A DNA stretch of 64,000 nt, taken from contig JAYWIR010000018.1 of assembly GCA_036172245.1 (NCBI GenBank), positions 2,666,001 through 2,730,000 of the forward strand, given 5' to 3'. The translations under genes were made by a program, and so were the position numbers. The notes beneath the pieces were generated by a model. The model saw nothing but the letters and a program-made list of their open reading frames with translations, did no database searches and had not been told where the DNA came from. Source of the stretch: Raillietiella orientalis (taxonomy: Eukaryota). Below are positions 52,171 to 63,930 of the stretch, piece after piece (positions within the stretch are counted from its first letter, which is position 1; each line of letters begins with the position of its first letter).

Positions 52171-52360
52171 TTTCTTTGTGGAGGAAGACCAGCAAATTAT
52201 AGATTCCGTGGAAAGTTGGAAATACAGGATATGGATTTTTTTTTACTTCCGCTGCACATTTGAACCGGGATGTAGGATACCCAGGATTACTACAAAGTTG
52301 CTTCCGGATGCAGACATGATAGCCTCACACAATGAGCAGCTTCGTGATTTTGAACAAGTT

Positions 52361-53197
52361 ACAGAAGGTCCTCGTACAGCGCGGGGCACGCACTCCGCGC
52401 GCTATACGAGCCGTATGGGTCACACATGGACAATTCGTGAAAGACAGAAAATGCATCTAAAGCTCCATAACAGCGGAACATCACTCTCAAACAAAAGGAA
52501 AAAACGAAAAAGGTTTATTCATCATTCAACATGAAATTAAAAAAAGAAAACCTTTTCGAGTTGCGTTGATTTTTATTTTTTTTATTCGACTCTAGCACTT
52601 CTATAACTTCACCTCTATCGCTCTCGTTGTGCACCTTCCCGGCCGTTTCCTTCACGAACCTTCGAATGACCTCGACCCACTCCAGTCGCACGTTCGCATT
52701 CGTTCCCAAATCAGTTCGGCTGACACGCACTGCGCCCCCAATTCCAATTCGCCTACAGAGGCGGGCGAGACTGGTTGACCGTCTTGTACGAGGGCTGCGC
52801 CCAATACTTGCTGCAAAGATGTACGAATCCGCTTCTTACGGAAGTCCGTTGCGTTTCCCACAAGGAATGAAATGCAAACAGAAACGAAAACCGAGGAGTG
52901 TCGGCTGCGAGTTTGTCCAAGCGGCGACGCCTCGGGCGAGGCGTCAGGGGATTCGAGCAGTTGGCACCAACGCGACCGCAACCACTTCCGGTTCGCAAGA
53001 GATGGTAGAGTGCCTGGTGGCAAGTGTTTCCAGACTCACAGAACACAGTAATGCAACGGATTGTCTCCACCCCTCTAGAGGGGTGGAGACACACCTGCTC
53101 CATCAGTACGACTCGGAGAGTCCCCCCCGGAGTCCGCCCCTCCAACATCTGGAGAGGTGGCGACGCACCTACTCCATGTGAAAAACAAAAAAGGAAA
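52361..53197. repeat. Second copy of the 837-bp module
   Basis: Matches 24322-25158 with scattered substitutions. Confidence 0.93.
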
Positions 53198-54269
53198 TGG
53201 TATCTACATGACTGGGATGTTACAACAAAGTTTCAGGGATCTACACAACCTGGCTCTGAAAGATTAGCGTGCCGAAGAAAAGTGTACTTGCCTAGCACTG
53301 GAAGTCTTACGGAACTCCATATCCTGCATCAGGCACTCCCTTTCCTCGGCTTGTCATTTCTCTTGGCGACGATGTTTCCTTAGAATAGAATGAACCGTTT
53401 TTGTCTTTTGTTGTGTCTGCGTGGTGAAGTGATATTCTTGGCCAAAGCTAGAGATAAGGAGCAGACTCATTGTTCGCTTCCCACTCCTAGAATCAACTGT
53501 CATTCCTTCTCTGGAAGTAGATCCACGTATCTTCTAACCGCTCTCAACATCTCAGTCACTTCTGGAGCCCTGCCTGTTCTGTGTCGCCATCATTGTCGCC
53601 ATTGTCCATTCAACCTTTCTTTCAGGGTTCCCGTCTAAGTTCAGCTGCCCTTTTTATGCCAAGCCTTTGAGTACAGTTGCCTCCAGGAAGAACGTGGCTT
53701 ATTAATTCTGGCGGAAGCTTCAACAATCCGTGCTGCCTTTTCTAGAGGGGAGGCACAATCCCATTTTCTTACAGCCCTTCCGATCTTCCTGTCCTTCAGA
53801 ACGCCAAACGCGCAACGCTAAGCCACCTGTCACGTAATTCCACGCGGTCAGCTCGGTCGGTGGTGGCACGGGGGGCTCGACGGAAAGCGTCTTCATGTAG
53901 CTCCCAGAGTTCCCGAAGACGCAACCCTCCAGAGTTTTTCTTCCGCTCCTCGTGCTCCCGACTCCGCTCACGGACGCGACGGTGCGGCTCGACAGTGCCA
54001 CCTTTCAACGTTGCGATAACGCACCAGGAAGTGTACCTTGCAGAGACCAGATAAAATTTCCTCGAGGTATGCGGTTGTGTACATTCCCACCTAAGAACTC
54101 TTGCAACACGCACGTGTGAAAATAACACAGAGATAAATCATGGTGCAGAGATGATGAGAATGCGAAGTTGCGAAGAGAGGAGCGACTGCAGCAGCGAAGA
54201 CCCGGCGCGCGCGCGCGCGTTTTTTGTGCTCGGCTGCTTCGCAGAAGCGCAGTTGGGTCTCGGGCAAAG

Positions 54270-54490
54270 CTTCCCGCCCAAGGACCTTCGCAGACGGAGC
54301 TCCTCGAGATCAACGTTGCCGACTTCCGCCGGCTGTAGGAGCTGACGGACCATAAGCCCGAGAAGAACTGCTTCCCGGGAGAGATGCCGGAAGATGCTTG
54401 CGTTCCGTGGACTGCAGGAGGTGGTGGGTTCAACAGTACGCGGAACGAAACGAGTAGAAGCCGACCGAGGAGCGGTGGGGAAGCTGAAAC
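54270..54490 (+). pseudogene. Histone H3-like relic
   Basis: SQTELLEINVADFRRL*EL / AFRGLQEVVGSTVRG vs KSTELLIRKLPFQRLVREI / AVMALQEASEAYLVG. Confidence 0.5.
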
Positions 54491-54521
54491 GCTTCCTGAC
54501 GCGTCCGGCATCCTTGCTTCG

Positions 54522-55395
54522 TTTTTTTTTTTTTTTTTTGGTTTGCCAAGTGCTCAAGAACCGTCCGCCTCCTTAGGGGGAGCTCACGAAGCTCCTTAGC
54601 GCTGTCCACGCCACCCGAAGGGGCGTTTCATTCTTCAAGGTATAAGGGCTAACTCCGTAGGGATCACCCTATGAATCCAGGAAGGCGCCGGAGCAAAAAA
54701 CCCGTTCCTCTTACGTTTGGGAGGGGAGGGAAACCCGCGCCATGGTTGCCTCCGTAGGGAACCCCGAGAAAAATTTTTTCCTTTTGCTCTCCGGAGGGGT
54801 CTTCCGGAGGAGGAACCACTTCCCATTTCTTCTCCGAAGAAAACCTGGAAAAGACGCGCTACTGGAATTTCTTCAACGGAGAGCATCCGCATGGGAGCCC
54901 TCCTTGTTTCCTCCTCTGCAGAGAACCCCGACGGGACTCTTCCCAATTTCTCTGGAGGGCTCTCCCGAAGGGAGCAGCGCACTCCTTCACACTCTGGAAG
55001 GTTATCAATCCTCCAGCTCCATGTTGCGAGATGGAGGGTCTCTTAGGAGGAAAAAAGGCGGGGGGGAGGCTCCATTCGCACGATCGGAGAGGAACCCCTG
55101 AGGAAAACCATCGTTCCCTGGTTCCTGGGAGGATCCACTTCCAATCCCAGAGGCCAGTGAACGGGGGCATCCGGTTTCCGGTTTTCACCACTCCCCTTCC
55201 CCTGTGCTGCCGAGGCGAACCCCGCTGGCCTGCGAGTCAGATCCCGGCAGGTTCCTTTTCGTATTCATAAGTAACGTGGCAGGATCAAACATGTAAGTTC
55301 ATTTTATGAATAAACGCCCCGGCGTGATTGGCTGTCAACCAGTGCCGCACCAACACGTTCGTGGTCCCCCTCCTCCGCTCCCTGCTTTTCGTTTG
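54522..55395 (+). mobile_element. Bipartite LINE derivative (poly-T 5' end, ORF1 start, 3' UTR) plus about 60 bp of shared flank
   Basis: 54540-54700 is homologous to the 5' end of the full-length LINE (41890-42035, reverse complement) and to ~50690-50830. 55200-55335 is homologous to the family 3' UTR and ends in aataaacgccccggcg. Confidence 0.8.
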
Positions 55396-55929
55396 TTCGG
55401 GAGCCGTGCAAGCAGGCGGGGCTCCCAGATCGGCTGCTGGGAGCCCCAAAGGACCGGCCCGCTTCCCGGGGGTCCACCAAGAGGGAAAGAACCTGAGCCG
55501 GCGCCTCCTCGTGGTCCCCGCCTCCCGAAACGGAGGTCCTCGGAAGCCGGGAAGGAACACAGGAAGCGGCCTCCTCCCAATTGCTGCTAAAGGGCAGGGT
55601 GGGAGGGAGCAGTAAATAAACAAACAAAAAGGAGGAAGGGAAAGAGATCATCGGTCACATCCTCGGCGTCCCCTGTGCAGCTTGCCTGCGTAAGATGCAG
55701 GCTGCGTCCTCCTTGACCCTGTTATTCGTAAAAGGTCATCTTTACCACATTCCTTGAGGCTGCGAGGTGGAGACGTGCGGTCCTCCCTCTCTACTGGTGA
55801 GCCTCTTGCATGCTCCGAGACGATGCGATCCATCTGATTCCTTGTTCCTGAAGCAATACGGAATCAGACGATCGAGGAAGCCCGTGAAGAAGCACGGCGG
55901 CAGCTCTTCCGGGTCTCCTTCGTGTCAGG

Positions 55930-56440
55930 AAGAGCAGCCGCGAGGCGTTTCCGCATGCCTCCGGAGGCCACCGAATGCCGGCGGCAGATGTGCGTTTCGA
56001 ACAGCTTTCACCACCTCGCTTCACCTCCACAGCCGGCGCAGCTCAGAGAGGTGCTACCCCCTCGTCCGGCGATACCGGCTCTGGCTGCGCAGGGAACCCC
56101 GGAGCACGGGTGGTCATGCACTCCCTTGTGATAACCTTTCGCTGCCACCCTGCGCACCCCACCGGAGACGTTCTGAAACGCCTCTTCGTGAGCGACGTCC
56201 TGCCGCCGGCTGCATCTCCAGCAGGCCGCTACTGCCCTCGAGGCACTGTGGCGGCCTCCAGCACCGCCGCCGTTGCCACATGGTCACGCCAGCGAGGCTA
56301 TTAATTAGAATGAACTCCCAACTACCGTGGTGGGGTGCAAAGTCCCGATTCTACAATGGACCTGTTGGGTCACCGGTATGCAGACCGGTGGGCTCACCTC
56401 GGCAGCCGAGGAGGATGGGAGAAAATAAAAATAAATAAGA
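55930..56440 (+). mobile_element. LINE ORF2 C-terminal fragment
   Basis: DVLKRLFVSDVLPPAAS..RWAHL. Confidence 0.65.
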
Positions 56441-56469
56441 GCACTTTGGAGGGTCAGGAGGCGATCACT

Positions 56470-57290
56470 GTCCGCTGGAGGGAGTCTACATCTTTTCCAG
56501 GATGTCAGCTAGGTCCTTCAGAATAGGTCCCAGGTGAGGCCATCTGACCGCTATCCTCAGAAAGCGAACTGCAAACTTGAAGGCGCCCCTCTTGTTCCTT
56601 CCTTTGTCAGTCTCTCTCCAGTCCGCCACGATCCCGCTGATGCAGCAAAGCGCTGCTAGAGCTGTGGCTGGCTGCAGGATGTCCCGCACAAAGAGGATCC
56701 GAAAACGTTTCTGGGGATGCCGACCGGGATCCGGAGAGGCGTTCCAAAACGCTCCCTCAAGGACCGGAGGACAACAAAGTCCACAAGCAGGTGCGGAAGG
56801 GATTCCCATTCTCCGTACCTGCAACAGTCCGGGATCGTACTCCCCAGCGTCCAATGGTGTCGGCGCGCGTTGCAAGGAAGACCCCAGTGCAACAGCAGGA
56901 GTGTAGACTCCTTCCACTTCAGGGAGACACTTTTCCCGGGAAAAAAGAGGAGTTCCCGAAGCAGCAAAAAGCAGCACCTCTGGGCACCAAAAAGCAGCAG
57001 TTTCGAAAGACTACGGAGGACTCTAGCCTGGAGAAAAGATACGGAGGAGGAAATCCTCAGCGCCAGTGATAAACGAGGCTCCCCTCGAAAATTCCCTTCT
57101 GTCCTTCACGAGGAAGTCAAGCAAGAAGAGGGACCCGCTTAGGGAGGGACGGCGGCTCACTCCCGGTGGGATTCTGGGCCAGCCCCAAGCAGGCTCGAGG
57201 CTCTCCCATCGTCGGGAGGGAAGGGTGGTGTTGCAGGCCGGATCTCTCGAGCGAAACGTGCCGTCAATAGGGCGCAAGGCGTCCGCGCTT
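56470..57290 (-). mobile_element. LINE ORF2 C-terminal fragment
   Basis: LLHWGLPCNARRHHW..CCRYGEWESLPHLLVD; LFVRDILQPATALAALCC..RWPHL. Confidence 0.8.
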
Positions 57291-57499
57291 CCTCTCCGGG
57301 AAGCTGAGGTCCGGATTGCATGACAGCCATAGCATTGGACTCTTCGGAGAAGCGCGCCCCTTCATCCGGAAGTTCGCGACCGAAACTATACCGGAAGTGA
57401 TGGCTCTGCTCAAGGGAACGAAGAGGCAAGATCGGATCTCCTCATCCTCCTCGGAGTGATTTGCTGAGTTTAGTTGCGTCTCTCAGAGGTGATGCGAGG

Positions 57500-58560
57500 A
57501 AAACTGATCACGGACAAACCCTGGTGCAAAAAGGAATTCAGGAAATGTTTTCAGTATCCCGAAACAGAATGGAGGGAATTCCGGTCTGTTCACATCGGTT
57601 CATCGTCCCAAATGTCCTCTACCTGGCGGTCACAACAAGATGGCCGCGCATCAGATTTCAAGTGCACCCGTTTCGCCCTCCATGACCTCACAGAGCAACA
57701 GAGTCTTGGAAATGCGAATTGGTCTACAGATCCTATTCGAGCGGAAGCGAGCCAGTCTCCGTGCACCTCCAGGGATTTCCTCCCGCGAACGGGGTGCCTG
57801 GTTTCAGGAAACAGTTCGCACTTGGGCGAGGAACCAGGAGCGATGCCCGGAACATGCACAACATTTCCTATACGGGTGATACAACTGCTCTCTTCGAGAG
57901 ATCCTTTAAGATCCAAGGAAAAGTGTATGGAAAGGAAGGACCTTTCTTGCCGCAGAGCTGCCCTTCCTGAGGGAACATACGGGCACCTGCACCCCGGAAA
58001 GATGGAAAGTATCCATAGAGATCTCCGACATGGGAAAGGAACTGCTGAGTGGATGAAAGGCCAGCTTATGGGCGCTGCGACCCCGAGTGCCCCACCTCGA
58101 GGACTTTTGTGCCGAGGCGAGCTGCTGGATATTCCCGAGGGAGATCTACAGTGGAGTCCAGTGCTCTCGATCACATGCACCCTCCCATTAAGGTAGCAGG
58201 AGGCGGCGTTCATAATGCTGCACTGGCAACCTCCGTGAAACGCCCACTGGCATCACTGGACCCGTGTGCCAGGTTCGACACCTCCTAGTGAGCTGTGTTG
58301 GCCTCTGACCCCTTTGGGGACGCTTTGCCGTGACCCTAGAAATCCCTGGCGGCAAGTTCAGGGTCGTTTTACAACCCCTCCTCCTAGGCGACCTGCCTTT
58401 CAGCCGGCAGCCTCGTTAACAGCTCTCCTCTGCCACCGCGGGATTGTAGCGGCCTGAAGAGACGCAAGAGGAGGACCGAGCGACAGGGTTCCACCCATTT
58501 TTTCGTTTGTGCCATCTGAATCAAGCGATGCAAGCATCCTGGATCCTATCTCCTGCAACC
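57500..58560 (+). mobile_element. LINE ORF2 post-RT and C-terminal fragment
   Basis: IVPNVLYLA, FQETVRTWAR, RTFLAAELPFLREH, HLLVSCVGL*PLW. Confidence 0.75.
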
Positions 58561-58596
58561 CGGCGACTGAATTCCAAGCTGGCGTCCGGACTTAGC

Positions 58597-59260
58597 CACC
58601 CGGTTTCCCCGGGGCGTTTCTTAAAAACAAACATGAGTGTAAAAGCAGCGGTGGGACTCCCGGTTCTGCACTAGGAACACGCTGAGGTGTCGGGTCTGCA
58701 GGTTCTTTCTCGGTAGCAGAGGGGAAAGGAACGAACGATAAGAAAACAAAAATAAGTAATACAAAAAACTTCAGGGAAAGACCCGGGAAGGGATCACAGA
58801 CATTTGAAGGAGATTCTCTCTGTCCTCTGAAGAGTGCCGGCAAGTTCCTCCTGTATAATTCCCAGATGGGACCATCTTGTTGTCATCTGTAGGAAGCGCA
58901 CGGCGGAAGGGATGACGTCCCTACCTGCTGACCTCTTTTGGCGGCGCTCTTCAGCCCCCGCAAAGGCAGCAGACAGCTGCTGGCAACGCGGCTGGCGGCA
59001 GTGCGCCCCTCACGAAAAGGCGCTTCGAAACATCCCTGGAGTCGTCCACTGGGGATCCGGTGGGCCATGCCATGGCAACGCGCCCCCGGACGGGCCGCAG
59101 AGCGACGCGGTCCGCGAGCAGGAAACCGCACCTGTAGCGGTTCGAATCCTCACTCGCCCTGGACCGGTGATGCAGGCGGATGTTGCTTGAAGGACCCCAG
59201 TGAGAACGCCAGCAACACCGACTCCGGCCACGAAGGGAAGGGCACGGCTGCCCGAGAGCA
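58597..59260 (-). mobile_element. LINE 3' fragment with terminal motif
   Basis: SKRLFVRGALPPAALPAAVCC, then the UTR gatcccttccc plus a T-rich stretch and the terminus aagaaacgccccggggaaaccgggtg. Confidence 0.75.
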
Positions 59261-60149
59261 CCGCGGCAGCCTCAGATCTTCCCAGGAAATCGCCAGCAGA
59301 TGAGTCCAGCGGAGCAGTCCTTTAGGTGGAGTGCTTGGGTGGCAGAGTTCGTGGGGTCACTTTAAGACCATCCCCCAGATGGTTTGATCTTTCACCTTGA
59401 GGGCTTCTCACTGCAACGTCTGGACTCGGAAAAAGGGACCGGTGAGGCGATGTTCGCTGCATTTTTCAGAGGAACGCAGCGAACTCGCCATTTCACGAAG
59501 CTGCAAGAAAGCTGCTCATTCATCAGTGAGCAGTGATTTTATCGCGGTTGCTGTTTTTCAGGTGTGGGCCATCCCGGCTGCTTCTTTCTCCTTACTGTCT
59601 TTTTCGGGAGCGCGTCTTTCTCGCTGTAGAGCCTGGATCAGCTTTGATCACGGGAAGGTGGATTTTGCTGCAACCTCCTCTGTTTCCTGGACCTGCCTGA
59701 CTTGATCGCTGCCTCGAACCCGGTCGCATCGTGGGTTTCGTTCAAAATGGAGGAGCGCCCGCTGGGGTGCCCTGGAGACGGCGATGAGCGAACTGGGGAG
59801 CGCCGATGCGCAGGTCGGTTGCCAAGGGAGGAAGAACGCGCTCAGGAGGGAGGGTTGGCGGGATCAAGAGCACGGAGGGGGAGGCAAGGTAATCGGGCTC
59901 CTGTGCTACGCGTCTCTCTTACGGCCCTCTGGAGACTCTGGAATTTGGGACGGAGGTGGGACAGGGGGTAGCCAAACGAAGCGACTGGCCGTCCCTTGGA
60001 GCTACCACTGCTCCTCCGCATGAATGCTGAGGAAGTTGTGAATTGTCGGCTGCGACCCCGAGGTCGAGGGAACTGCTGTAAAGGTTCCCCCGGATGCAGG
60101 GGGATCGCTGCCACCAGCTGCCGAACTCAAGAGGGGGCAGAGGGAGAGT

Positions 60150-60420
60150 GGGACTGCGGGTTGGCAGCCCTGGGTTGGGTCCACCCACACCCAGGGTCTC
60201 CGTCTTCCGGAGACCGCGTGTGGATCTGAGCTTCGGAGCTCGCCCTGGCCGAGTGGAGACCCCCGGATTCTGGAAGACGCCTCCGGCCTGGCGAAGCACA
60301 TGCGGCGCCTCGGAGCTGTGCAGCAGGACGGCTGGTTTGCCCAGAGGGATGTCGAGGTTGTCTCTTCGCCAGTGGGCACAAGCGCTTGCAGTGGCGGTGC
60401 ACGAAAGTTCCCGAGTCTCT
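60150..60420 (+). pseudogene. Histone H2B-like relic
   Basis: ALGWVHPHPGSPSS..RRLRPGEA vs VLKQVHPDTGISS..ERIAAEA. Confidence 0.33.
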
Positions 60421-63400
60421 CATCGGCTCGCTGATTTCTGTGTGAGGGGAGATCCACTTCCTCCCAGTCGGCTGTCTCAGTCATTGTTGACGAAGCGCCC
60501 ATCTGGGTCAGGTGTTCAGTGCCGGAGGGCGTGCCTTGCCGAGGGAACTCGTCGCTGCAGGGGTGCGGAATCCGCACTCTTGCGCTCGACACTGAACTTT
60601 CGCTGCTTGCTTGATTTGGGGCTCTGTGGGAAGGGTCGCCGGCCTCCCTTTAGGGACTCGACGGCATAGGTTTGTGGTTCGGTAGGCGGAAAGTGCCCAG
60701 CGGATGTCCCTGATACGCTGGATAGTGGACGGCTACACAACCATGACAGGCGGTCACTGGGCGGTCTGCATGCGGCCTTTCCAGCTTTCGCAGGACGTCG
60801 TCGTTCCCAGAATCCCGTTGGATCGACGATGGCAGCGCGAATCTTTTGCTCGGATTCTTCCTGTAAGCGAAGCGGAGAGCGTGTGACGTTGCTGCACTTT
60901 CGGTTCCTTCCGGGAGCCCACTGGATGCCCCATTACCTTGCTTTCAGGTGAGCAGCTCAACAACATTTCCTCATCTAGGACGGGGCAAGGGTCTTACGGA
61001 TAGCCACCTCACTCTTCCCTCGAGTTGGCAGCACTCGGAGCAGCCGCTGCTGCGCCGGGTGCTCTCCTTTGCGATGCGCCCCCTGGCCGCGCCTTACGCA
61101 CGAAGGGGAAGGGTCCTTCCCTCACGTGCCTGTGGGCCGCCCTCCGACGAGTACGAGAGCGCCCCTCGACGTCCCTGTTGCCTTCCTGGCATCACCCCAG
61201 GGAGGTGCTAAAGCTCGTCTTGGTGGGAAGCTATCGTAACTCTTTGCTACCCCGGCGGCACGGCTGCCACGACATGAAGCACCTGAGAGTGCAAAACAAG
61301 AAGGGAACGCCATCTACACGGACGGCCTCCTTCTCAAAGAGGACAAAGAGGTGACCCTGAAGGAGTTCCGCGTTTTCCCTTTTTCCAATATCTGCTGTTT
61401 TCGGGCAGTGCCTCCCGATACATCAGCTGGCTTGTCGCCAGCCCTCCGGGGTCGTTCGAACTCTCGCAGGAGCCTCCGCCCTGATTGTTTTGCCTTATCT
61501 TCGCGTTTCCCTTGTCGAAAGTTCTCAATGAGCGCCCCAGGACAAGTCCTGCTTCCTCCCGGGTGTCCCAGGACGATGTCAGATCGCGGAAAAGACTTTA
61601 GGTATCTTTGGGATGCAGACCATCCCTGAACCACCTGGGTGCAGACGATCGAGACTTCGCGCCTCCTGGGGAAAAGTCGAAGGTTCCGCGCGCGATAATT
61701 TACGGCGTGCGGCAGCGTTTCGTCGTAGCCGTGGAGCCGAGGGCAAGATCGATCTCCTTTTCATCCCCTTCCTAGATGTTGCCTCGGTAGACGAGGGAGT
61801 CGCGGCACGCATCAGATAAGGAGGCTCCACACCCAGCTGCAGTAGCAGCAACCTCAGATCCCGCAAGCGCAGCGTTTACTTCCCTGCTCCCCAATCAAAC
61901 GTCCCGCGCATCACAAGATGGATATGGAAGGACGAGGAGAAGGGATGTTGAGGAGCAGGGGCAAAAGAACTAGCAGTTATTTGCTTGGACTACACCATTT
62001 CTCAACACCGGAAGCTCACAAAGATCGATGACCCTGGAGGGGTGGCGGTTTCGAAGGAACAGGGACTCGTTACGGATTTCCTTAAGAAAACCATTAGCCA
62101 CAAGACGCCATAAAATATCATCAGACTAACCACCACACAATGGAAAAGCCTTGTTAAGATGAGTCACTGATAAAAAGCAAGATACTTCTTGATTGGGCCC
62201 TTCCATTACATAATACAGAAAATGTCTTCCTTCTTTGCGTACGGTGGCGCCGGGACGTTCACTGTAAAGACGTATTTGCCGGCAGGCAGTCATACTGAAC
62301 AAAAAAAGGATGACAGGGTAGATGGATAAGAATAGAGAAATAAAGAAAAGAGGGAGACGAAGGAAAGATGAGGGAGAATATGAAGCAGAAGATGGCCAGA
62401 AATAAAACAAAGAAAATGGTAAAGAGGACGGCGAAGATGAAGGTAGTGAACAAGACGGGTGCTTGCTGCCGCTCACTTAGAGAATCACCACTTGCCAATC
62501 GTACCATTCCCTCCGTGATCACCCGCTGGCGCCCCAGCTGGGGCATTCACTTGGAAAGTTATTCACAACAAGACGGTCATACTGAATAGATGGTCGCTCT
62601 TGCATGGCAGGTCTTGCTGCATCTGTCTGGATGCAGGAGGAGTCCCTGCAGTCAAGCCATCTGCTCAGAGAATTGCATTCAATGAAAAGTGGGAAGGATA
62701 CAAAAAAATCAAATAAAATAAAATAAAATAAGCGCCTTTTCAAGCACGAAAAGGCGGCAAGAAAAGGGATCGCAGAGAATTCCCTGCAGTGCCTTGCACC
62801 CTCTCAAGGATGGCTGCCGGGCTCCTCCCAACATATAGACGGGTGCGACCATTTCGTGGTGATCCTGATGGATAACGGAGACGGCGTCCCTGTTGTTGTG
62901 ACCTCTAGCGGCTTAATTGTCCATCCCGCGGTGACGGCAGAGGGTTTCGTTCCGCTCCGCACGAAGGGCTCGCACACGATTCTTCGGGCTGCCCGCCAGG
63001 ATTGCAGAGGGCCCCAAATGCCGGAAGTCTAGACGCTCCACTAGCAAATGAGGAAAGGACTTTGCTTCTCCTGGAACAGCTCAGGATGCAATTCACCTCG
63101 CCAGGCGGAGTGTCCTCGGTACCCCCTGGTAGCAGCACGCAACTTTGCTTTCCGCGCATCGAGGATCTCCTACGCAACCAGCATCGTCAATGCTAGACCG
63201 AATGCAACGCACCAGGTGCAAGGGAAGCGAGGGCGATCATCCTGCATCTTCTTCTGGACTGCGGTGGCCTCTCGGGGAGCTGTGGAGCGCCCAGCGTCAT
63301 CGTTGCATCGCCCTGAGGGCATCCCCAAAGAGCTTCTGCAGAGCTGCTTCATGTGCGGTGGGTTTTCGCCTGCCATCCCAACTCTCCCGATCCTGTGCTC

Positions 63401-63739
63401 TGTCAGGAGAGTCATAGGGCCTCCCTTTGCGCGCAGGGAACTCTCCGGCAAGAATTGAAGGCCGTGCGCCTCGGCCCCTAAGGGGGCGAGGTCAAGATGG
63501 CCTCATATGCAAGAAGGCGCGAGGGAGGAACGGCGAGCGACGTAGGCAAGCTGAAGAAGGCGTGGCAGGCAATCCTTTCCTCCCTTCTTTATTTATTTAC
63601 TCATTAATTGCTCTCCACTCCTCCATAACTTTCTCTCCCCGTCCTCGTGTGCAGACAGACTGAGAGCCAGTGGTTCGCTCCCCCTTTGTGGATCCTGAAA
63701 GAGTCGCAGAATCTTTTCCCTACTCTACTTTGCCGGTTT

Positions 63740-63930
63740 TGCTATTCTTGCCAGCGTCACCAAGAGGCGGAGAGCATTGCATGGGGTACCCCGATGCAGC
63801 ATTAGCAGCGCCAAGTCCTGCCGCTCAAGGAGGAGCACGGAGCTGCCAGTGAGCACCGCGGACGTCTCCGCATCTTCCACGGGAATTCCGAGAGAATCCT
63901 TCCAGAGGATAAGTCCCTCGAAATGGACGC
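63740..63930 (+). pseudogene. Possible histone H3-like relic
   Basis: PASPRGG..PDAAL / RRSTELPV / SFQRI. Confidence 0.27.

Noticed and set aside
58593..58620. Similarity of the LINE terminus to the 5S rRNA 3' end (Mutsu-like target)
   Set aside because: Only one copy resembles it, and in two copies A-runs follow the motif, placing it inside the element.
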